A stretch of DNA of 64,000 nt, taken from the NCBI GenBank assembly GCA_030681475.1, contig JAUXWT010000071.1:33347-97346 (forward strand), written 5' to 3'. Each line of letters begins with the position of its first letter. The stretch's first letter is position 1. A program made the translations under genes and the position numbers. The notes under the pieces are model-generated. The model saw only the letters and a program-made list of their open reading frames with translations. It made no database searches and had not been told where the DNA came from. This stretch comes from Bacteroidales bacterium (lineage in GTDB: Bacteria > Bacteroidota > Bacteroidia > Bacteroidales > FEN-979). This document shows, piece by piece, positions 43,958 to 50,210 of this stretch.

Positions 43958-44744
43958 TTTTAATCGTGTTGTTTGTTTTCTTATCAGAAGTATTTCTGAC
44001 ATCGATAAGTTTTGCCAGGATGCTGATGGCGATTTCCTGCGGTGTTTCTGCGTTGAATTCTATGCCAATGGGCATGTCAATCCCTTCGAGTTCTTCCGGT
44101 GTAAGAATATCTTCTTCAAGAAACCTTTTTTTCAGCAGAGCCACCTTTTTACCGCTTCCGATCATTCCGATGTACGCGTGAGGTTTTCGGGCAACCACCG
44201 CCAGGATGTCCTCGTCATAAATGTGTTTTGGTGTCACGATGACGATAAAGGTGTTTTCATCAAAAACAACCTCTTCGATGCCTTGAAAATAATCCTTGTT
44301 GATGATATTGAATCCTGTAAATGCTTGATCCCTGAAGATTTCTTCGCGTGGATCGAACAGTGTGACTGAAAACTCCAGTTCCCTGGCAAATCCTGCCAGC
44401 GATTTTCCGATATGTCCGGCTCCGAAAATGAAAAGTTTATTAAGCGGATTCAGGGGTTCGATATATATCTCCATGGTCCCTCCGCAATGCATGTTCAGGT
44501 CTTTGTCGAGGTTGAAAGTGAATTTGGCAGGTTTTCCGGAGCCGATCAGTTGCACGGCCATTTGTGCCACTTCATGTTCAATGCTGCCTCCGCCGATACT
44601 GCCAAAAATGGTACTATCGGCATATACGATCATTTTGGCGCCGGTCTTGCGCGGCGTTGAACCTGTTGAGTCAATGACAATACATAATGCGGCAGGTTGC
44701 CGGTTATTGATGACCTCTTCTGTTTTTGCAAAAATCCGCTCCAT
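43950..44744 (-). CDS. xdhC: XdhC/CoxI-family Moco insertion/sulfuration chaperone
   Basis: The XdhC_CoxI N-domain shows TGSTPRKTGAKM and GSIGGG. The Rossmann-like C-domain shows IFGAGHIG. It lies immediately upstream of, and is translationally coupled to, XDH. Confidence 0.8.
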   Translation of the reverse strand: MERIFAKTEEVINNRQPAALCIVIDSTGSTPRKTGAKMIVYADSTIFGSIGGGSIEHEVAQMAVQLIGSGKPAKFTFNLDKDLNMHCGGTMEIYIEPLNPLNKLFIFGAGHIGKSLAGFARELEFSVTLFDPREEIFRDQAFTGFNIINKDYFQGIEEVVFDENTFIVIVTPKHIYDEDILAVVARKPHAYIGMIGSGKKVALLKKRFLEEDILTPEELEGIDMPIGIEFNAETPQEIAISILAKLIDVRNTSDKKTNNTIKNG

Positions 44745-44788
44745 GAAAATATCTTGTTTGGATCACTGACACTTCTTGGGGCGTAAAA

Positions 44789-45397
44789 TTACAATTTTTC
44801 ACCATAACGTGTCCAACGGATAAACTCATGGTAATCCGCAGGAGTGTTTATGTTCCAAAGGATCCGTTCATCAGGGAACGGGACTTCGACCCGCGTAAAG
44901 CGCTTGAGTTCCTGGCGGAAGTCAGGAATATCCTTCAGTTTACGAAAAAAATCAACCACGCCGCCCCCCAACAACATGGGGTGACCGCCACGACCTTTGC
45001 AGACCGGTACGGAATAATTGCCGGAAGACACCGATGCAAGCAGCAAGTCGAGCAGGGAGGGGGCAACGAAGAGGTTATCGATGTTCTGGATAAAGCAGAC
45101 TTTGCCTTCAGGGACCACTTTCAACCCGAGCTGGATCGACCATGAACGGCCCCTTTCCAGGTTCCTGTTCACGACCATGACCAGGTTTTTCTCATCGAAG
45201 CACGAGGTGTCAAACTGTTCATTCACCACCATCACAACAGGATTGCAGCCATGATCCAGGAAACTTTTTACCAGGTTACCGGCGAATGTCATCCCATGAC
45301 CATCGGGCAGCAATGCCTTGTCGCTGCCCATACGGCCTGAAATTCCCGCTGCCGGAATGATGGCTGAGAAGGATGGTTGCACGGGAGTTTTTTTCAA
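44789..45397 (-). CDS. mocA: MobA-like NTP transferase, probable molybdenum cofactor cytidylyltransferase (MocA/YgfJ-like)
   Basis: AIIPAAGISGRMGSDKALL is the MobA/MocA N-terminal motif. The protein is 202 aa, has a TTG start, and lies upstream of xdhC and XDH. Confidence 0.7.
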   Translation of the reverse strand: MKKTPVQPSFSAIIPAAGISGRMGSDKALLPDGHGMTFAGNLVKSFLDHGCNPVVMVVNEQFDTSCFDEKNLVMVVNRNLERGRSWSIQLGLKVVPEGKVCFIQNIDNLFVAPSLLDLLLASVSSGNYSVPVCKGRGGHPMLLGGGVVDFFRKLKDIPDFRQELKRFTRVEVPFPDERILWNINTPADYHEFIRWTRYGEKL

Positions 45398-45515
45398 TTA
45401 TAGGTAACTTATTAATGTTTACAGGGCAGGGTATCTCTAAAGTGAGAGGTTCTTCCCGGCAGCGATGCTGATTGGGTAACCTGTTCGATTGAGCGATCGT
45501 GCGTTTTTATCATTA

Positions 45516-46298
45516 TCATTTTTCAGCTACAACCAACATTTCAAAATCTTCAGTTGTTAATTTGTCATTTCTCGAAAATTTTCCGAGTTTCGCACCATAT
45601 ATATCAATTTTCTTGAATCCAAGCGATTTTAATAACCAAGTTATTTCACTGGGCACGTAATACCTTTCGTTGCATTCAAGCGTCTTTTTATTTCCAAAAT
45701 CATCTTCAATTTCAGTGATATTATGGTCACGAAAGGTCATTAAATCAAAAGTATTACTTCGATATGTCGCATTCCCTTCTTCTGATGTTGAAGCGCAAAA
45801 TTCTTCAACAGAGTGATATAATGGGAATAGACCATTTAGGGTTGTGAATATAAATTTTCCATCCTCTCTCAGCGATTTTGTCACACCATTCAGAATCTCA
45901 TAATTCATTTCATCAGTTTCCATCAATGGAAATCCGCCCTCACAAAGCATTATTGCAAGATCAAATTCATAATTAAAAGACAAATTTCTTGCGTCTTGCT
46001 TTACAAAATTAATTTTGAGATTATTCCTTTCTGCCTTTTCCTTTGCTCTTGCAAGTTGCGTTTCTGATAAATCAATCCCCGTAACAGTATATCCTCTTTT
46101 TGATAATTCAATGGCATGTCGTCCTGTTCCGCATCCGACATCCAATATCTTCAATGATTTATCAGATTTGAGTTCATTTTCAATGAAATCACATTCACCT
46201 ACCGTTCCCTGTGTGAAATTTTCATTATCGTATTTCTGACCGTAATTCTCAAACAGCGCTTCGTACCATTGCTTTTTATTCATATCACGCCATATCAA
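45516..46298 (-). CDS. class I SAM-dependent methyltransferase
   Basis: Motif I is ILDVGCGTGRHAIELSKRGYTVTGIDLS. The region is visibly more AT-rich than its neighbours. Confidence 0.8.
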   Translation of the reverse strand: MIWRDMNKKQWYEALFENYGQKYDNENFTQGTVGECDFIENELKSDKSLKILDVGCGTGRHAIELSKRGYTVTGIDLSETQLARAKEKAERNNLKINFVKQDARNLSFNYEFDLAIMLCEGGFPLMETDEMNYEILNGVTKSLREDGKFIFTTLNGLFPLYHSVEEFCASTSEEGNATYRSNTFDLMTFRDHNITEIEDDFGNKKTLECNERYYVPSEITWLLKSLGFKKIDIYGAKLGKFSRNDKLTTEDFEMLVVAEK

Positions 46299-46350
46299 AT
46301 TTATTAATCACTTTGCAGCCAGGTTCTCTTGCATGACGAACAACGTCACG

Positions 46351-46689
46351 CTAAATAGAATCCCTGATTTTCCTGGGCAGCTTCATTTTTACCAACTCGT
46401 ACGATTGCCGTATGTAATGCTCCCATTCCGCCCGGCTGAACCTGCTTTCGTCAAGCACGGTCATCCATTGCCGGCGTGCAAAATGTGAAGCCTGAACAAT
46501 GTCGCCCGTCTGGGTCAGCTCATCAAACTGATCTTCGGGAATTTTTAAGGCAACTTGCAGTGGAAGATCAAGCCCGGTAAGGCAAAATATTTTTCCTGCA
46601 ACGGAGAAAACAAGATGGTTTTCCCATTTAATATCCTCGGTTACGGCGGGGAGAGATAAGCAAAACTCACGTAATTCTTCAATGTTCAT
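46351..46689 (-). CDS. MmcQ/YjbR-family protein
   Basis: The protein is 112 aa. LREFCLSLPAVTEDIKWENHLVFSVAGKIF is typical of the YjbR/CyaY-like fold family. Confidence 0.6.
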   Translation of the reverse strand: MNIEELREFCLSLPAVTEDIKWENHLVFSVAGKIFCLTGLDLPLQVALKIPEDQFDELTQTGDIVQASHFARRQWMTVLDESRFSRAEWEHYIRQSYELVKMKLPRKIRDSI

Positions 46690-46722
46690 TTGTCAAAAAT
46701 ACAAAATCACAGGATTATTCTT

Positions 46723-46730
46723 TACCTTTG
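46723..46730 (+). promoter_or_regulatory. candidate -7 box TACCTTTG
   Basis: It matches TAnnTTTG about 80 nt upstream of the ATG at 46810. Confidence 0.25.
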
Positions 46731-46809
46731 TTCATACATTATTCAAATGATGTGATTATCACAAAATGCATTGCTTTTAGGACACCCTATTTTTTAGTGA
46801 AATCAAATT

Positions 46810-48453
46810 ATGGAAGAGATTCCCAGATTAACGTTCCCATCATTTTTTGCAGCAACAATAAGCCGGTTCAGCCATCGCGATGCATTGGCATTGGTTGGAG
46901 AGAAACCCATAACGTACCAGGAAACCCATGGCCGGATACTGGCTGTCATGGCTTTTCTCGAAAAGCTTGGTATCCGGCCTGGCGATAAGGTTGCCATCCT
47001 GAGCACAAATCAACCCAACTGGGGAGTAGCTTACTTCGCTGTCACCTTCATGGGAGCGGTCGCGGTACCATTGTTGCCCGAGTTCCTTCCGGTTGAAATA
47101 TCAACATTGGTCGAGCATTCCGAAACCAGGGTTATTTTTGCTTCTGAGGGATTGTTGCCTAAATTGGAAGGAATTACAACAGGGTTGTTGCAGGAAGTTG
47201 TTAGAATCGAAGATTTTTCGGTCACCAGGTCAAAGAGTGGACGGCCCCTTTTCGAAGCAAGCGCCACACCTGCGGGAGTTTATGAGGTTGAAGAGGATGC
47301 CCTGGCAGCAATCATATATACATCAGGAACAACAGGCACTCCCAAAGGGGTGATGCTGTCGCATAAAAATATCTGTTTTTCAGCCATAAGCGGCCACAAT
47401 ATTCAACCCATCAGGGAGACCGACCGGTTCCTTTCCGTTCTCCCGCTATCACATACGTATGAAAATACACTCGGACTGATTCTTCCCATGTACAGTGGCG
47501 CTTGTGTTTACTATCTTGGAAAACCTCCTACACCAGCCTTGTTGCTTCCGGCATTGCTGGAGGTGAAACCAACCACCATACTGACTGTTCCGCTGATCAT
47601 AGAAAAAATATTCCGGTCAAAGATCTTGCCGGCATTCACCGGTAATAAAGTCGTCAACCTCATGTATAAAATTCCGGCCGTCCGGAAAATGTTACACAAG
47701 GTAGCAGGGAAGAAACTGTTGGCGACCTTCGGAGGGGAACTCATTTTCTTTGGCGTGGGTGGCGCCAAACTAAATAAAACGGTAGAGCAGTTTCTGATCG
47801 AATCAGGTTTCCCATATGCTGTCGGCTACGGACTCACCGAATGTGCTCCCTTACTGGCCGGATTCAACCCGCAACACCCCAGGTTGCAATCCACCGGGCC
47901 AGCCTGCAAAGGCGTTGAACTGAAGATCGTAAAGGCGGATGAACACGCCGGCGAAGGCGAAATATGGGCGAAAGGCCCGAATATCATGAAAGGCTATTAT
48001 AAAGAGCCCGGGTTGACCGGCGAGATCATCACCCCCGACGGATGGTTGAAAACCGGAGACCTAGGCGCTTTTGATGCTGATAACAACCTTTTCATCAAAG
48101 GGAGGGTCAAAAGTATGATCGTGCGCTCAAATGGGGAAAATGTTTATCCCGAAGACATTGAATCGGTGATCAACAACTTCCGGCATGTGGTCGAATCGCT
48201 GGTGGTTGAGCAAAAGGGCAAACTCGTCGCCTTGGTGCACTTTAACAAAGAGGAAATAGACCTTCGCTATCAGCATCTGAAAAGCGAGGTTTCAAATTAT
48301 GCCGAACAAAAAATCGAAGAACTTCGTATAGAACTTCAGGAGTATGTGAATTCCAGGGTCAATAAATTCTCACAGGTCCAATTGGTTGTTTCTCATGCAG
48401 ATCCGTTTCAGAAAACCGCAACGCAGAAGATCAAAAGGTTTATGTATGTCTGA
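46810..48453 (+). CDS. AMP-dependent acyl-CoA synthetase (long-chain-fatty-acid--CoA ligase-like)
   Basis: The AMP-binding motif is IIYTSGTTGTPKGVMLSHKN. YGLTE and TGDLG....N.L.I.GR.K are also present. The protein is 547 aa. Confidence 0.85.
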   Translation: MEEIPRLTFPSFFAATISRFSHRDALALVGEKPITYQETHGRILAVMAFLEKLGIRPGDKVAILSTNQPNWGVAYFAVTFMGAVAVPLLPEFLPVEISTLVEHSETRVIFASEGLLPKLEGITTGLLQEVVRIEDFSVTRSKSGRPLFEASATPAGVYEVEEDALAAIIYTSGTTGTPKGVMLSHKNICFSAISGHNIQPIRETDRFLSVLPLSHTYENTLGLILPMYSGACVYYLGKPPTPALLLPALLEVKPTTILTVPLIIEKIFRSKILPAFTGNKVVNLMYKIPAVRKMLHKVAGKKLLATFGGELIFFGVGGAKLNKTVEQFLIESGFPYAVGYGLTECAPLLAGFNPQHPRLQSTGPACKGVELKIVKADEHAGEGEIWAKGPNIMKGYYKEPGLTGEIITPDGWLKTGDLGAFDADNNLFIKGRVKSMIVRSNGENVYPEDIESVINNFRHVVESLVVEQKGKLVALVHFNKEEIDLRYQHLKSEVSNYAEQKIEELRIELQEYVNSRVNKFSQVQLVVSHADPFQKTATQKIKRFMYV

Positions 48454-48457
48454 AGGG

Positions 48458-48509
48458 TATGACGAATATGGGAATGACGGATATGCGAATGTCGAATGAT
48501 GAATGATGG
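48458..48509. repeat. 7-8-nt tandem array (GAATGNN units) bridging the acyl-CoA ligase stop and the sigma-factor start
   Basis: The units read gtatgac gaatatgg gaatgacg gatatgc gaatgtc gaatgat gaatgat gg. The sigma ATG (48503) lies inside the array. Confidence 0.7.
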
Positions 48510-49126
48510 ATTCAAGCCAGCCATTGGATGAACGTACACTCGAACTACTCTTCAGGGATAATTTCACCGGATTGTGCCGGTTTGCATATGGGTATGTGAA
48601 GGATGAGGAAGCAGCGAAGGAAATAGTGCAGGATGCTTTTGTGAATCTTTGGGAAAGGCGGCAAATGATCGACCTTTCAAAATCAGTTAAAAGCTACCTG
48701 TCAACTACGGTTCGAAACAAATGCCTCAACTATCTGCGCGACCATAAAAAATTCAGCAGCGACCTTATTGAACTCGAAAATCTTTCGGGTGATGCAAAGT
48801 ATGACCATGCCGATAAACTTGTTGAGGCCGATATCCGCGATCAGATTGCCCGGGCAATTGATGAATTACCCGAAAAGTGCCGAGAGATCTTCATACTCAG
48901 CCGCAATCACCATTTGAAATACCAGCAGATCGCTGATCATCTTGGGATTTCCATTAAAACAGTTGAGACCCAGATGTCAAAGGCCCTGCAGCACCTGCGC
49001 CACCGCCTCGCCGAATACCTGCCAACATTTATTTTCTTAATTTCACTACCTGGCTACCTCACCACCTCGCTACTTATTTTCACCATTTCACCATTTCACC
49101 ATTTCGCTATTTATTTATCAGGGTAA
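48503..49126 (+). CDS. ECF-type RNA polymerase sigma-70 factor (Bacteroides expansion family) with repeat-encoded C-terminal tail
   Basis: Region 2 is IVQDAFVNLWER. Region 4 is ELPEKCREIFILSRNHHLKYQQIADHLGISIKTVETQMSKAL. The last ~35 aa (LPTFIFLISLPGYLTTSLLIFTISPFHHFAIYLSG) are translated from an 8-nt repeat array. Confidence 0.85.
   Translation: MMDSSQPLDERTLELLFRDNFTGLCRFAYGYVKDEEAAKEIVQDAFVNLWERRQMIDLSKSVKSYLSTTVRNKCLNYLRDHKKFSSDLIELENLSGDAKYDHADKLVEADIRDQIARAIDELPEKCREIFILSRNHHLKYQQIADHLGISIKTVETQMSKALQHLRHRLAEYLPTFIFLISLPGYLTTSLLIFTISPFHHFAIYLSG
49043..49114. repeat. 8-nt tandem array at the 3' end of the sigma ORF
   Basis: The units read tcactacc tggctacc tcaccacc tcgctact tattttca ccatttca ccatttca ccatttcg ctatttat. 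Confidence 0.7.
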
Positions 49127-49163
49127 ATCCTTTTTAATGTGTATAAACTACAGTTAAACACCA

Positions 49164-50210
49164 GTGAAAACAAATTCGACATATCATATTGATCTGATCT
49201 CCAGGTATTTTTGTGGAGAGGCATCCCCGGAGGAGATCCATGATCTGGAGGTGTGGGTCAAAACTGATCCGGCAAACTCAGCGCTGTTTTCAGAATATCA
49301 GAAAGTCTGGAATGCAGTTGAGCATGCACGTATCGGATCCTCCATTGATCTCAACCGGGAGTGGAAAAAACTCACCTCAAGCCTGAAGATCAGGTCGGAA
49401 AATCTGGAATCTGAAATCGTAAATCCAAAATCCAAAATCCGAGATCTGAAATCTGAAGTCGTAAATCGTAAATCCCGGTTCCTCGCCTGGTCTCTTCGGG
49501 TTGCTGCCATTTTTATATTACTTGCCGTCCCGGCTTTCTTGCTTTATCGTTACATAACCTTGCCAGGCGACAAACAGTTGGTCGCAGGGAGCGAGGTAAT
49601 TGAGCAAACGCTGCCCGACGGTACCACCGTTACCTTGAACGCCGGTGCAACGCTCTCATATCCTTCCCGGTTTGAAGGTTCTTCCAGAATAGTCTCCCTG
49701 CAAGGCGAAGCATGGTTTGAAGTTTCACATGATAAAACCAAACCATTTATCATTGCAGCCGGAAATGCCAGGATCCGCGTGATGGGCACCTCCTTTTTCG
49801 TAAATACAAAAACCTGGGATGATACCAGGGAAATTATTCTGTCGGAAGGGGTCGTAAAGGTGTACTATGAAAATAATCCCGAAATAATGGCCTTCTTGTT
49901 CCCGGGTGATAAAGCCGAAATGACCTGCGACGGTTATGCCATCTCGAAAACCACAAACAGCGACGTCAACTTTCTGGCGTGGAAAACAAAACATATGGTT
50001 TTTAACAACACCCCCCTGAATGAAGTTGCCGCCATGCTGACAAAGGTTTACCACACAAATATACGTTTGTCCGGCGACAGGCTCAGTGATTGCCGGATAA
50101 CCACTACCTTTGACAAGCAGTCACTTGAATCTGTATTGAATGTACTCAAAGCCACACTTGATTTACAGGTCACGGATACCGGTGCGGGAATCGAACTCTC
50201 CGGCCATTAA
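49164..50210 (+). CDS. FecR-family anti-sigma factor / transmembrane sensor
   Basis: The N-terminal anti-sigma motif is LISRYFCGEASPEE...L..W. A single TM is present (AWSLRVAAIFILLAVPAFLLY). The periplasmic FecR domain shows LPDGTTVTLNAGATLSYP and GEAWFEV. The start is GTG. It lies between the ECF sigma factor and the STN-containing TonB receptor. Confidence 0.88.
   Translation: MKTNSTYHIDLISRYFCGEASPEEIHDLEVWVKTDPANSALFSEYQKVWNAVEHARIGSSIDLNREWKKLTSSLKIRSENLESEIVNPKSKIRDLKSEVVNRKSRFLAWSLRVAAIFILLAVPAFLLYRYITLPGDKQLVAGSEVIEQTLPDGTTVTLNAGATLSYPSRFEGSSRIVSLQGEAWFEVSHDKTKPFIIAAGNARIRVMGTSFFVNTKTWDDTREIILSEGVVKVYYENNPEIMAFLFPGDKAEMTCDGYAISKTTNSDVNFLAWKTKHMVFNNTPLNEVAAMLTKVYHTNIRLSGDRLSDCRITTTFDKQSLESVLNVLKATLDLQVTDTGAGIELSGH
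49400..49476. repeat. 11 x 7-nt tandem repeat inside the FecR CDS (cytoplasmic linker)
   Basis: The units read aaatctg gaatctg aaatcgt aaatcca aaatcca aaatccg agatctg aaatctg aagtcgt aaatcgt aaatccc. They encode NLESEIVNPKSKIRDLKSEVVNRKS. Confidence 0.85.

Noticed and set aside
43958-44002. The 15-codon N-terminal extension of XDH (MSEILLIRKQTTRLK) given in the ORF track.
   Set aside because: The internal ATG at 43957 forms the typical ATGGCTGA overlap with the xdhC stop and gives a family-like N-terminus. The extension would lie entirely inside xdhC.
43346-44369. Plus-strand ORFs (180 aa, 102 aa, 163 aa) across the XDH 5' end and xdhC.
   Set aside because: They are antisense to strongly supported XDH and XdhC coding sequence and show no family features.
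17736-45397. Looked for selenocysteine (in-frame TGA with a downstream SECIS-like hairpin) in the selenium-linked purine genes.
   Set aside because: All cluster ORFs are continuous and of family-typical length. No split ORF pairs are separated by a single TGA. In this family selenium is expected as a labile cofactor ligand rather than as Sec.
49400-49476. Tested whether the tandem arrays (also 23608-23671, 60908-60970, 56112-56160 and 48458-48509) could be CRISPR arrays.
   Set aside because: The period is only 7-8 nt with no unique spacers between units. CRISPR repeats are ~24-40 nt separated by spacers of similar size. No cas genes are present in the window.
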